Part shown: positions 8,591 through 18,329 of the stretch, in pieces
How the letters are laid out: each line of letters opens with the position of its first letter
How positions within the stretch are numbered: the stretch's first letter is position 1
Source of the DNA: Rubrivivax sp.
GTDB taxonomy: Bacteria > Pseudomonadota > Gammaproteobacteria > Burkholderiales > Burkholderiaceae_C
NCBI GenBank assembly: GCA_031375065.1
Contig: JANMHH010000076.1
Coordinates: 2,614 to 66,613, forward strand
Reading direction: 5' to 3'
DNA length: 64,000 nt
Position numbers and translations under genes: made by a program
Notes under the pieces: model-generated
What the model was told of the DNA's origin: nothing
Database searches by the model: none
What the model saw: only the letters and a program-made list of their open reading frames with translations

Positions 8591-10189
8591 TCACTTGTGG
8601 CTGCCGCCACCGCTGGATCCGCCGCCGTAGATGACACCGCCGCTGCCCCGGTAGCCGCTGCCTGAACTGCGCTGGCACTGTTTGTACTCGGCGCTGGCCG
8701 CACCAAAGGTCTTGCGCACGTTGTCGCAATCGTCGCCGCTGCAGGTGGCCAGGATGATCAGCAGCAGCACCACCACCACGAAGATCAGCAAACCTTTGGC
8801 CGCGCCGCCCGACTTGCCCGCCAACGGCGTGGCATCGCGCTGCAGCGCGGCCCTGGCGCCTGGGGCGATGCCAAAGCTGTCGGCCACCTGCGTTGCGCTG
8901 ATGGATTCACCTGCGGACCAGGTGACTTCCTGGCCGCCTTGCTCGCGCGACAAGCGTTTGTCGCGGTGTTGGCCCTGGCCTTCGAAGTCCATCACCAGCG
9001 CGCGTTCGTCGCGCTGCACGCGCCAGTAGAACTCACCCTGCACCCAGGTCACCTTGGCGGCGTAGGACCAGCGCTTCTTGTAGTCCACGTCCTGCCAGCG
9101 GGCGCTGTCGCCACGCAGTGCCGGCGCGCCGGTGATGGGCTTGGCCCAGCTCCAGCCGTCGTTGCTGTCGACCAAAAAGGCAAAGCCCTGCTCGCGGTTG
9201 AACAGCAGGTACTCACGCCAGAAGGTGGTTTCTTCTTCGGCGTCTTCGGGGATGTCACAGCGTTCCTGGTAGCCCACCACCTGCCACGCGGCCGGCGCAC
9301 TGCCCAGCGTGAGGCTGTTCTTGGACAGCGTGCCCAGCGCGATCTGCGGCGCGGCACCGTCAGCGCCGGCGTTGTTCTGCGCATAGTGCTTCAGGTCACC
9401 GCCCACACCGGCCGAGATGTCCACCACCGCGCTGCAGTTGTGGCAGGTCAGGCTTTGGGTGGTGGCCAGCTTCGCTTGCAACGCGGTGCCGCAGCTGGGG
9501 CACTCCACAGCGCGTGAACCCAGCGTCTTTTCGCTGGTGTCTTTCAGGCCCGACAGCGCCAACTCGCTGAGCGCCACTGCGCGGCCCACGCTCCAGTGCA
9601 CCTGCGCCGGGTCGCTGCCGTCGAGCGTGGCCACTTCGCCCGCGCTGTTGCGCAGGTCAACCACGGTGAATTCACCCTGCAGCCGAGGTGGACTGGGCAG
9701 TTCGCCCTGCGCGGCGATGAGCTTGGCGCGGGTGACCGAGGCCACGTCCCAGGCGCGGCCGTCGGCCAGCGCACGCTGGCCGGCGCGCAGACCGTCCAGG
9801 GTGGGTGCGTCACCGGGCAACGGCGCGTCGAAGGCGATGACGTAGGCACCGTTGTCTTCGCTCAGCCAGGCCGAGCGCTGGCCGTCGCTGCCATTGTCAA
9901 AGAGTGCGTGCCATTCGTTCCAGGTACCACCCTCGTAGCCATACTGCAGCCGGCCCACCAGCGTGAAGGTCACGCCTTGACGCCGGCCCTGGACGCCCAG
10001 CTGCAGCGGGCTGTGGTCGTCGAACAATTCGGCGCTGATGCCGATGCGGCGCAAGGCTTCGCCATCGCGCACCAGCGTGCTGCGGCAGAAGCCGCACACG
10101 GCGCTGGCCGACGCGGCCGAAGCAAACTCGACCGGCGCGCCGCAGTTGGGGCACGCAGCGCGGTAGCTGCGCTGCGGTGACGTGGCCAA
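8591..10189 (-). CDS. DUF4178 domain protein with Zn-ribbon motifs
   Basis: CPNCG/CGFC and CPSCG/CHNC ribbons, two DUF4178-like blocks (WNEW, FWREY), C-terminal TM helix and Gly/Ser tail. Confidence 0.85.
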   Translation of the reverse strand: MATSPQRSYRAACPNCGAPVEFASAASASAVCGFCRSTLVRDGEALRRIGISAELFDDHSPLQLGVQGRRQGVTFTLVGRLQYGYEGGTWNEWHALFDNGSDGQRSAWLSEDNGAYVIAFDAPLPGDAPTLDGLRAGQRALADGRAWDVASVTRAKLIAAQGELPSPPRLQGEFTVVDLRNSAGEVATLDGSDPAQVHWSVGRAVALSELALSGLKDTSEKTLGSRAVECPSCGTALQAKLATTQSLTCHNCSAVVDISAGVGGDLKHYAQNNAGADGAAPQIALGTLSKNSLTLGSAPAAWQVVGYQERCDIPEDAEEETTFWREYLLFNREQGFAFLVDSNDGWSWAKPITGAPALRGDSARWQDVDYKKRWSYAAKVTWVQGEFYWRVQRDERALVMDFEGQGQHRDKRLSREQGGQEVTWSAGESISATQVADSFGIAPGARAALQRDATPLAGKSGGAAKGLLIFVVVVLLLIILATCSGDDCDNVRKTFGAASAEYKQCQRSSGSGYRGSGGVIYGGGSSGGGSHK

Positions 10190-10192
10190 GCT

Positions 10193-11245
10193 CTAGACCA
10201 GCTTCTTCAGCAGTTCGGCCTTCTTGGCCGCAAACTCTTCTTCGGTGAGGATGCCCTTGCCCTTCAGCTCAGCCAGCTTTTCCAGCGTGGCCATGATCTC
10301 TTCAGGCTTGATGCCGGCCGGCGCCGCGGCCCCGGCAGCTGCGGCAGCCGCCGCTGCGGCGTTGCCTTGCAGACCCTGGTTGAGTTGCTGCGCCATCACC
10401 TGCCCCAGCGCCACGCCGGCGCCCAGCCCCATGGCGTCGCCCACCACGCCGCCGCCGCCACCGGCCGCGCCCTTGGCAAATTCAGGGATGGCCTGCGCGG
10501 TCTGGTACTGCATGAACTTGCCCATGTCGCCGCCGACCATGCCCATGCCGATCTTCTGATCCATGATCTTTTGCAGCTCTTCGGGCAGGCTGACGTTTTG
10601 CACCGTCACGCCGCCCAGCGCCAGGCCCAGCTTGGCAAACTCGGCCGCGGTCACCTCTTGCAGCTGCTTGGCAAACTCGACTTGGTTTGCAGCCAGGTCG
10701 AGGAAGGGCACGCCGCTCTGCGCCACCGCGTCGCTGATGTGCTGCAGCATCAGGCCACGCAACTGGCCGTCCAGGTCGTCCACGGTGTAGCGGTCGCGCG
10801 TGCCGCTGATGCTGGTGTGAAACAGCTTGGCGTCGGCGATGGCATAGACATAGTTGCCAAAGGCGCGCAACCGAACCGCACCAAAGTCCTTGTCGCGGAT
10901 GGTCACGGGCTGCGTGGTGCCCCAGCGGCGGTCCAGCTGTTGACGCGTGCTGATGAAGTACACGTCGCTCTTGAACGGGCTTTGAAACAGCTTGTCCCAG
11001 TTCTTCAGGTACGTCAGCACGGGCAGCGTCTGAGTGGTCAGCTTGTGCATGCCGGGGCCAAACACGTCGGCCACCTTGCCTTCGTTGACAAACACCGCCA
11101 CCTGGCTTTCACGCACCGTCAGGCTGCCGCCGTACTGGATTTCATTGCCGGCCATGGGGTAGCGCCAGGCCAGCGTGCCGTCGCCCGACTCGGTCCATTC
11201 GAGGATGTCGATGAACTGTTTCTTGATGAAGTCCATCAGTGCCAT
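10193..11245 (-). CDS. SPFH domain protein (YdjI-like) with C-terminal SHOCT domain
   Basis: FIDILEW, LTVRESQVAVFV, WGT-x-QP; C-terminal LAELKGKGILTEEEFAAKKAELL. Confidence 0.9.
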   Translation of the reverse strand: MALMDFIKKQFIDILEWTESGDGTLAWRYPMAGNEIQYGGSLTVRESQVAVFVNEGKVADVFGPGMHKLTTQTLPVLTYLKNWDKLFQSPFKSDVYFISTRQQLDRRWGTTQPVTIRDKDFGAVRLRAFGNYVYAIADAKLFHTSISGTRDRYTVDDLDGQLRGLMLQHISDAVAQSGVPFLDLAANQVEFAKQLQEVTAAEFAKLGLALGGVTVQNVSLPEELQKIMDQKIGMGMVGGDMGKFMQYQTAQAIPEFAKGAAGGGGGVVGDAMGLGAGVALGQVMAQQLNQGLQGNAAAAAAAAAGAAAPAGIKPEEIMATLEKLAELKGKGILTEEEFAAKKAELLKKLV

Positions 11246-11540
11246 GGCTTGATCCTTCCGAGCGGTGCGCATCCACAGTGGCTGCGCCAGGAATGATACG
11301 CAGCAAACCGAATGGGGCACCGGTCAACCTGGGGCTGCGCCTGGGCAGGCCGCAACGATCGGGTCGGTGCTGCCCAAGGGCGGGCGGGGCTGCGCCCTTG
11401 TGCCGACGCACGGCCCAAGCCCCCCCATTTGAACGGTCGCAGTCGACTCTGATGGGGCATCGCGCCCGGGGAAAACAAGGCTTGGGCTAGTATGCCCATC
11501 AGACATTTCTGACCGACAAACCGACACTTCACGAAAGCCC

Positions 11541-13952
11541 ATGACCCTCCACTATTTGGCTGGCGCCTCGGCGCCGATGAACCCACTCTGGCGTGGCCTG
11601 ATCCCTTGGCTGGGCCTGTTGCTCGCCGCCTGCGGTGGCGGCGGTGGCGGCGGCGGCAACGACGGCATGCAGATCAGCTACGACCGCACGGTGGTCAGCC
11701 TGACGGCGCAAGAAAGCGTGAACGTGGGCCAGGGCGCGCAGGTCATCATGGCCACGGCCAGAGGCGGCAGCGCCTCGGAGTCCTTGTACGTTGGCGCTGA
11801 GGTTCAAGGTGTGGGCTTGGTGTCGCCCATTCCGGTGACGCTGGACACGGTGGCCCGCACGGCGCAAATCACGCTGGTGCCCAACACGACCCTGGACCCC
11901 GGCACCTACAGCGGCTCGGTGCGGCTGCTGGCCTGCAAGGACCCGTTGTGCGCCGCCCACCACGCTGGCTCACCGGCCACCGTGAGCTACACCACGACGA
12001 TCACAGCGCGCTTCAAAGCGTCGGCTGCCCAGCTTGACTTCACCAGCTTCGAAACCGTGCTGCCCGAGGCACGCCTGCTGCAGGTCACCTTGCCGGCCGG
12101 CGTGAGCAGCAGCATGGCCACCGTGGAGTACCCCGCTGGCGCCAGCACCTGGCTGCAGGTCACGCCCCAGGGCGCGAACTACACGCTGCAGCCCAACGCC
12201 AGCCTGCCCGTGGGTACCTACAACGCCGTGCTGCGTTTGGAGACCAGCCCGCCACAGGCGCCCCTGCGCATCCCCGTCCAGCACCGGGTCTCTGCGGGCT
12301 TGTTGCTGCCGGCTGGGGTGAACGTCACCGTCAACACCGGCAGCCCAGCCGCCATCACCAGCGGCGAAATTGCCGTCACCACCGCCACGGGCGTGAACGC
12401 CGCCTCCTGGGCGGCCAGCAGCGACCAAAGCTGGCTGAGCCTGGCCGCCACCCAAGGTGCCACGGGCACAGCCATTCGTTGGCGGCTGGAGCCCACGGCT
12501 TTTGCAGCCTTGAACAACCAGGCCACCCACGAAGCGCTGGTGACCGTTTCCGTTCCTGGCACCCCACTCGCCCCCCAACAGCTGCGCCTGCGCATGACCA
12601 AGGACGTGGCCGAACTGGTGGGTGCCGACAGCGTGGCCGTGCTGGCAGGGCAGGCCGGAGAAGTGCTGCTCTACGGCCGCCGACTCGACCAGCTGCCCCA
12701 GCCCGCCACCCAGCTCAGCAGCCCCGGCATCACCCCGCTGCAGGTGCAGGTGCGCAGTGCCAACCTGATGGCCTTGCAGGTGCCTGCATTGGCAGCCGGA
12801 ATCTACGAACTGGGGCTGACCACCGCGGCTGGCCTGCCCACACGCAGCGTGCATCTCCGGGTGGGCACAGCACAGGAAAGGCAGCAGACCTGGGTCAACA
12901 GCAGCGGCCTCAAGGCTGGCCTGGTCTGGGACGAAGCCAGCCAGTCGGCCTTCATGATCGACGTGGCACAAAGCGCGGTGGTTCGCGTGAAGGTCAACAC
13001 CCAGTCCGGCACCACCGCACTGGAGCAACAGTCACGGGTGATCGCCAGCCTGGCGGGCATCGCGCCCAGCCCCGATCGCTCCGCACTCATCGCCACCACG
13101 CTGGACGGACAGGTGCTGAAGCTGTCGACGCAAGACCTCAGCACCCTGAGCAGCCAGGCCCTGGGGCGCACGCTGGGCGAGCAATGGGTGCGCAGCGTGC
13201 CGCTGATGGTGAGCGGCGACAACCACCTGCTGGCCACCGGTGGCGATCAATGGGCGGCCGTGCTGTCATACGACCTGCTGCGCAACGTCACGCTGCCTTT
13301 GTCGCAAACTGGGTACACCTTCTACAGCGGGCCTTGGGGGCTGGTCTCGCGCAATGGGCAGCGCATGCTGGTCACGCAGACGGCGGGCTTGTCGCCCGCA
13401 CCTCCTCTGCTCCGACGCGATGCCGTGAACAGTGAGTTGGTGCCCTTTTCCAACAGCCAAGAGCCGCGCTTTTTTTACCGGGCTGCGGCCGACTGGCGCG
13501 GAACCCGTTGGTTGCTGGACGAGCAGCGGGTGGTCGACTTCGACCTCAACGTGCTAGGCCTGCTGCCAGCGCCATTGGCCAACGACTGGTACGCCCAGGC
13601 CTCGGCGATGTCGCGTGACGGCAGTCGCGCTTACGTTTTTGCCATCAACAGCGCGGTTTCAAGCGTCAAGGTCTTTGTCTTCAACACCGGCACACCGGTG
13701 GGCGCCATCAACACCTACCCGCTGCTGGGCACCTTTGATCCTTTGCTGGCGCCGTCTTGCCTGAGCCCCACCACCTCCGACAGCTGCCAGGGCTACGCCT
13801 CGCGCATGGTCATCACCGACGACGACGGCAGCCTGGTACTGGCCGGCGACAGGCGCATCGGCATCGTGCCCATACCGCTGGCCTACCGCGGTGGCGTGCC
13901 CAGCGCGCAAGGCTTGCGTGCGCCCCATGCACTGCAAATCGGTCATCGCTGA
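11541..13952 (+). CDS. Large lipoprotein with Ig/BACON-like domains and C-terminal beta-propeller
   Basis: Lipobox LAAC followed by poly-Gly; WAASSDQSWLSL BACON-like motif; propeller-like repeats. Start may be 11577. Confidence 0.7.
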   Translation: MTLHYLAGASAPMNPLWRGLIPWLGLLLAACGGGGGGGGNDGMQISYDRTVVSLTAQESVNVGQGAQVIMATARGGSASESLYVGAEVQGVGLVSPIPVTLDTVARTAQITLVPNTTLDPGTYSGSVRLLACKDPLCAAHHAGSPATVSYTTTITARFKASAAQLDFTSFETVLPEARLLQVTLPAGVSSSMATVEYPAGASTWLQVTPQGANYTLQPNASLPVGTYNAVLRLETSPPQAPLRIPVQHRVSAGLLLPAGVNVTVNTGSPAAITSGEIAVTTATGVNAASWAASSDQSWLSLAATQGATGTAIRWRLEPTAFAALNNQATHEALVTVSVPGTPLAPQQLRLRMTKDVAELVGADSVAVLAGQAGEVLLYGRRLDQLPQPATQLSSPGITPLQVQVRSANLMALQVPALAAGIYELGLTTAAGLPTRSVHLRVGTAQERQQTWVNSSGLKAGLVWDEASQSAFMIDVAQSAVVRVKVNTQSGTTALEQQSRVIASLAGIAPSPDRSALIATTLDGQVLKLSTQDLSTLSSQALGRTLGEQWVRSVPLMVSGDNHLLATGGDQWAAVLSYDLLRNVTLPLSQTGYTFYSGPWGLVSRNGQRMLVTQTAGLSPAPPLLRRDAVNSELVPFSNSQEPRFFYRAAADWRGTRWLLDEQRVVDFDLNVLGLLPAPLANDWYAQASAMSRDGSRAYVFAINSAVSSVKVFVFNTGTPVGAINTYPLLGTFDPLLAPSCLSPTTSDSCQGYASRMVITDDDGSLVLAGDRRIGIVPIPLAYRGGVPSAQGLRAPHALQIGHR

Positions 13953-14051
13953 GCGCGAGCCACGTTGCGCCTGCGGGCCGGATGCATTCACAGGCTCTGA
14001 TTCAAGGGAAACAAACATGACCCATCCTGCCCATCCCGCTGGAAGCCAGCC

Positions 14052-15242
14052 CTGAACACCACCCGCCTCGACATCGCCGTGGTCGGCGCCGGCCCGGTGG
14101 GCCTGGCGCTGGCGCTGCATGCAGCCCGTCTGCTGCCCCACGCGCAGATCACGGTCTTCGACGCCCGGCCGGCTGACCGCGATGTGGCGGCCGATCCGCG
14201 CACCCTGGCACTGTCCCTGGGCAGCGTGCAGTTCCTGCAGCAGCTGGGCGTTTGGCCGGCCGCTGCAGCCGCGACGATTTCGCACGTGCACGTGTCGCAG
14301 ATGGCGCCTTCGCTGAGCACCGCCTGGGGGCCTGCCGAGGTCACGCTGAGCGCCAAGGAACTGGGCGTGGCGCAGTTGGGTGCGGTGCTGGGCTATGGCG
14401 CCCTGCTGGCGCCGCTGCAGGCGGCTTGGGAACAAGCGGTTCACGACGAGCCGCAGCGCCTGCACCTGCGACTGGGCACGCCGGTGCAAGGCATCAAGGA
14501 CACGGCCGACGGCGTGGAGGTCGACGCCGGCATCGCCGAGCCCTTTGACCTGGCGGTGGTGGCCGAAGGCGGTGTCTTTGCCGATCAGGCTCGCAAGGTC
14601 GTGGTGGCCGACTACCGGCAAACCGCGTGGGTCGGCAGCGTCACGCTGAAGGACTCACCCCCAGGCTGGGCGTTCGAGCGTTTCACGCGCCACGGCCCCG
14701 CAGCGCTGCTGCCTTTGCCGTTGGCGGTCGACGGCCAAGCCCGCGCAGCGTTGGTGTGGTGCGTGCCCAGCGCAGACGACCCGGTGCTGCACCTGACCGA
14801 CCCGCAACGGCTGGCCGTGCTGCGCACCGTTTTTCCACCGCAGGTCGGTCAGCTGGTGGGGCTGTCGCCGCTGAAATCCTTTGCGCTGGGCCTGAACGCC
14901 GAGCGCACCTTGGTCAACGGCCGCGTGGTGCGCATCGGCAACGCCGCACAAACACTGCACCCGGTGGCCGGCCAGGGCTTGAACCTGGGCCTGCGCGACG
15001 CCCACGAACTGGTGGCGGTGCTGCGCTTTGCCGACCACCTGGACTCAGGCCTGCGCCGCGCCAACTGGGCCCGTGCAGCCGACCGCTGGAGCACCATCGC
15101 CACCACCGACTTTCTGGCCCGCAGCTTCACCTGGAAGCTGCCCGGCGCCGCCACTGCGCGTGGCCTTGGGCTGGCTGCCGTGCAGGCGCTGCCGCCACTG
15201 AAAGGCTGGCTGGCGCGGCGCATGATGTTTGGCAGCCGCTGA
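14052..15242 (+). CDS. ubiH: UbiH/UbiF-family FAD-dependent monooxygenase
   Basis: DIAVVGAGPVG, AFERFTRHGPAALLP, RIGNAAQTLHPVAGQGLNLGLRD. Start uncertain (CTG 14052). Confidence 0.8.
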   Translation: MNTTRLDIAVVGAGPVGLALALHAARLLPHAQITVFDARPADRDVAADPRTLALSLGSVQFLQQLGVWPAAAAATISHVHVSQMAPSLSTAWGPAEVTLSAKELGVAQLGAVLGYGALLAPLQAAWEQAVHDEPQRLHLRLGTPVQGIKDTADGVEVDAGIAEPFDLAVVAEGGVFADQARKVVVADYRQTAWVGSVTLKDSPPGWAFERFTRHGPAALLPLPLAVDGQARAALVWCVPSADDPVLHLTDPQRLAVLRTVFPPQVGQLVGLSPLKSFALGLNAERTLVNGRVVRIGNAAQTLHPVAGQGLNLGLRDAHELVAVLRFADHLDSGLRRANWARAADRWSTIATTDFLARSFTWKLPGAATARGLGLAAVQALPPLKGWLARRMMFGSR

Positions 15243-15443
15243 GTCTTGCGGGGGCAACCCTGGCGCCCGTCAAGTGCTCATCAAGTGCCGCTTCCAGTGC
15301 CGCTTCAAGCGGCGATCAAGCGCCGACCCGCTCGGCCGATGGCGGTCCACAAGGATGCCGCGAACATCGCTGGCAGCCCATGCCATCACCCAGGCGGCGT
15401 GGGACCCGCTGGATGTGATGGGCGAAGCCTGACAGGAAGCGGA

Positions 15444-16370
15444 TCAGTTGCCGGGATGGGCGTCGGCACTGCACGCACCGCCGTTGACCCGGCCGTGGCG
15501 CCGACGCAGGCCCAACATCGCCAGCCCTGCCGCGGCCACCAAGCCCAGCGAGCCGGGTTCCGCCATGGCCACGGCCGGGGCTGCGGCCAAACCAAACAGC
15601 TGGTTGGCCGCAATGGCGCCAACGAAGGTGGCGCTGCCGGTGACCAGGTTGATGGTGTACAGGCCATCGACGCCGCCGACCCGCAGCGACGCGTAGGCGG
15701 TGTTGGTCCCCAGGGCGTCGGTGGCGATGTCGAAACCGAGGAAGCCGTTGGCGTTCACACCCAGCGCGCCAACGGTGGTCAGCGTGCCCGCATTGGGGGC
15801 GCTGGTGGTGACCAGCACGTCCAAGCCGGTGTCAATGTAGAAGAGCTGCGTGCCGGTGGTCGCGTCGACGTCGGCATTGGTATAGGCCGCATCCAGAATT
15901 TGCGGGTTGCTGCCGGCGTTGACGTCCCCGGCCGCGTAGGCCAAGCCACCATCGGTGATGGCCGCGCCAGTGGCCACGTTGATGCGCCGGTTGTCGTCAG
16001 CCGAATTCACGACACGCAGTCGGTCCACCACGGGGTTGAAGTCGATGCCCAGGCGGCCGTTGCCCACGGGCGCGCTGGACGTGCTGACCAACGTGGTGGC
16101 GCCGGTGTTGATGTCGACGCGGTAGATGCCCGAGCCATTGGCTTCGTAGCCGTACAGCAGGCCGTCGGCCGGGCGAAAGTCCAGGCCGTCGAGCCTGGCA
16201 ATGGCGCCAGAGATGGCGCCCAAGGTCGTCACGGCGCCGGGGCTGGCGCTGTCAAATCGAATCAGCGAGCTGCCATTGCTGGCCAAGGAATAGATGGGCG
16301 AGGCTTGCGCCGCGCTGACCATGGTTGCAAGGGCAACCCAGCCCAGGATCTTGCGGGTCTGAACAGGCAT
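15444..16370 (-). CDS. Secreted DUF4394-like protein with PEP-CTERM-like tail
   Basis: Signal peptide; GLDFRPADG, GIDFNPVVDRLRVV, AAYTN motifs; C-terminal AEPGS + TM + RRR. Confidence 0.8.
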   Translation of the reverse strand: MPVQTRKILGWVALATMVSAAQASPIYSLASNGSSLIRFDSASPGAVTTLGAISGAIARLDGLDFRPADGLLYGYEANGSGIYRVDINTGATTLVSTSSAPVGNGRLGIDFNPVVDRLRVVNSADDNRRINVATGAAITDGGLAYAAGDVNAGSNPQILDAAYTNADVDATTGTQLFYIDTGLDVLVTTSAPNAGTLTTVGALGVNANGFLGFDIATDALGTNTAYASLRVGGVDGLYTINLVTGSATFVGAIAANQLFGLAAAPAVAMAEPGSLGLVAAAGLAMLGLRRRHGRVNGGACSADAHPGN

Positions 16371-16656
16371 GGCGCTGGACTCCAGTGACGGGATAAAAAA
16401 CGGGGAGGCAACTCGGCGGCGCAGCACGCGTCGGCTTGGTGCCGCCATCAAAACCCCATCCTGTCATCGCTCATCCAATCGTTCTGTGCGTTGGCGAACC
16501 CAAGGCCCTGGAAGCGAGGACACCCTCGTCGTCACGGGCGAAGCCTCTGCACGGGGGGGGGCGTCCCGCACATCACCGACTGTGTCTTTCAACGCAGTGC
16601 ATGGACTCGCCAGGGTCTAGATTGCGCTTCCCTCCACTCATCCTTCAACGCCACAC

Positions 16657-17004
16657 ATGCAAGCTACAACCCAAGCCTTTGTGAAGCTGGCGCAGTCCAA
16701 CATGGATCTGTTCAGCCATTTCTCGACCTCAACCGAGGGTTCAGCGCAAGCCAGCGCCAACGCCAACCGGATGTACCAGCAGGCCACCGAGTCGGCCATG
16801 CGGCTCATGCAGTCTGGCGCGTTTGCGCATGTGATCCAGGGCATGCTGAAGAACTACACCGAGTTCCTCACCGAACTCAGCCACAGCAGCCTGGCGTTGT
16901 TCAGCCAGGGCCAGGTCGCCATGGCGCAGCAGATGCAAAACGCCAGCCATGAGATCGAGGAGGCGACCGAGATTCGGGGCCGCCGCGCGCACGCCAGGTC
17001 CTGA
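16657..17004 (+). CDS. Small helical protein, phasin-like
   Basis: 115 aa, Gln/Ala-rich amphipathic sequence; family assignment tentative. Confidence 0.55.
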   Translation: MQATTQAFVKLAQSNMDLFSHFSTSTEGSAQASANANRMYQQATESAMRLMQSGAFAHVIQGMLKNYTEFLTELSHSSLALFSQGQVAMAQQMQNASHEIEEATEIRGRRAHARS

Positions 17005-17073
17005 CCACCGGGGTTGCCCTGCACGACCGCCGTCATCCGCGCGGCGGTTGCGTTCGCAAGCCGGCTTCGCTGG

Positions 17074-17577
17074 TTACGGTTGCGGGGGCGTGATCGCTTG
17101 GGGCCCACCGCCCGAATCGTCACGCGCGCGCTGCCGCGCTAACACATAGGCACTCTGCGGCACATGCAGCAGATCGGCCACCCGCCACAGGGTGTGACGT
17201 TCGTGGTCGGCCAAGTGGCCGTCGGCATAGGCCACGCGCCACATCAGTTCCACCATGTGCACTTTCTGCTGCGGCGAAAAGTGCGCATTCAGGCGCGCCG
17301 TGAACGTGAAAAGGTCGGTGGCTTGGCGGGCGGTGGTTTCGGCCAGGTCGGCCAGGCGTGCACTCTCGTCGGCGGTCAGCGCAAACTTGTCAGTCAGTGC
17401 GGCACGCACCAGTTCGCGTTCTCCGGCGTGAAAGCTGGTGTCGGCGCGCATCACTTCCACCAGCAGCACGGCCGTGGCCAGTTGCAGCAGGTGCTCTTCG
17501 CTGGCGGCAAGCGAGGCTGGCGCGCTGGACCTGGGCGCCAGCAAAGCTTCAAAGAGGTCGCTCAGTGTTTTCAGCAT
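17074..17577 (-). CDS. TerB-like (tellurite resistance) family protein
   Basis: AVLLVEVMRAD, DLFTFT, MWRVAYADG motifs. Confidence 0.85.
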   Translation of the reverse strand: MLKTLSDLFEALLAPRSSAPASLAASEEHLLQLATAVLLVEVMRADTSFHAGERELVRAALTDKFALTADESARLADLAETTARQATDLFTFTARLNAHFSPQQKVHMVELMWRVAYADGHLADHERHTLWRVADLLHVPQSAYVLARQRARDDSGGGPQAITPPQP

Positions 17578-17662
17578 CAGATCATGATGACATGCGCTGC
17601 ATCGGCCTGCGCGACAAGGCCCACCCGGGCTCAGCGGCGCAGGGACTCAGCGGCTCAGCGGC

Positions 17663-18250
17663 TCAGGGAGCGGCCGGCAGCGTGGCCAGGTGGTGGGCCA
17701 GGTCCTGCAGGTCGTTGTCGGTCAGGCCGAGCAGCGCGTTGCTCATCAACGTGTCGCGGCCGGCGGTGCGGCCGGCGGCAAAGTCGCGCATCGACTGCAA
17801 CAAGTAGTCTTCGCGTTGGCCGGACAAACGCGGAATCTGTTCGCGGCCGCTGTAGTCGCTCAGGTGGCAGCTGCCGCACAGCGCGCGTTGCGACAGCGCC
17901 GCGCCCCGCGCCGCACGGGCGGCGTTGCGCGTGGCGCGCACGGTCTGCAGCGGAAGCGCTGCGTAGTGCTGCGACAGCGCGGTGAGCTGCGCATCGGTCA
18001 GGCCGTCCAGCAGCCCCGCCATCTGCGGCACGACCGACAAGCCCTCCCGCATCATCACCAGCCGGTTCTCGATGAACAAGCGCGGCTGGCCCGCAAGGTG
18101 CGGCACCGCTGCCCGCCTGGCATGACCGTCGACACCATGGCAGGCCTGGCAGACGACCAGCTTGGTTTGCAAGTCATCGGGCAAAGCCTGGGCGCGCACA
18201 CCAGCGGTGGCCGAGCAGGCCACCGCCAGTGCCAGCAGCAGACGCCGCAT
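17663..18250 (-). CDS. Di-heme cytochrome c4/c553
   Basis: Signal peptide, CQACH and CGSCH, P-x-LAGQ/LSGQ motifs. Confidence 0.9.
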   Translation of the reverse strand: MRRLLLALAVACSATAGVRAQALPDDLQTKLVVCQACHGVDGHARRAAVPHLAGQPRLFIENRLVMMREGLSVVPQMAGLLDGLTDAQLTALSQHYAALPLQTVRATRNAARAARGAALSQRALCGSCHLSDYSGREQIPRLSGQREDYLLQSMRDFAAGRTAGRDTLMSNALLGLTDNDLQDLAHHLATLPAAP

Positions 18251-18329
18251 CGGACCGTGCTTCAGAACCACATCAGACGCACATCAGAAGCACATCAGGC
18301 CTGCACCCGAAGCTGATCCAGGCGTCGCA

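Noticed and set aside
16380-16600. Possible c-di-GMP-I riboswitch or terminator upstream of the DUF4394 gene
   Set aside because: A T-run and GAGTTGCC are present, but the GGCAAA and GNRA-receptor core could not be found.
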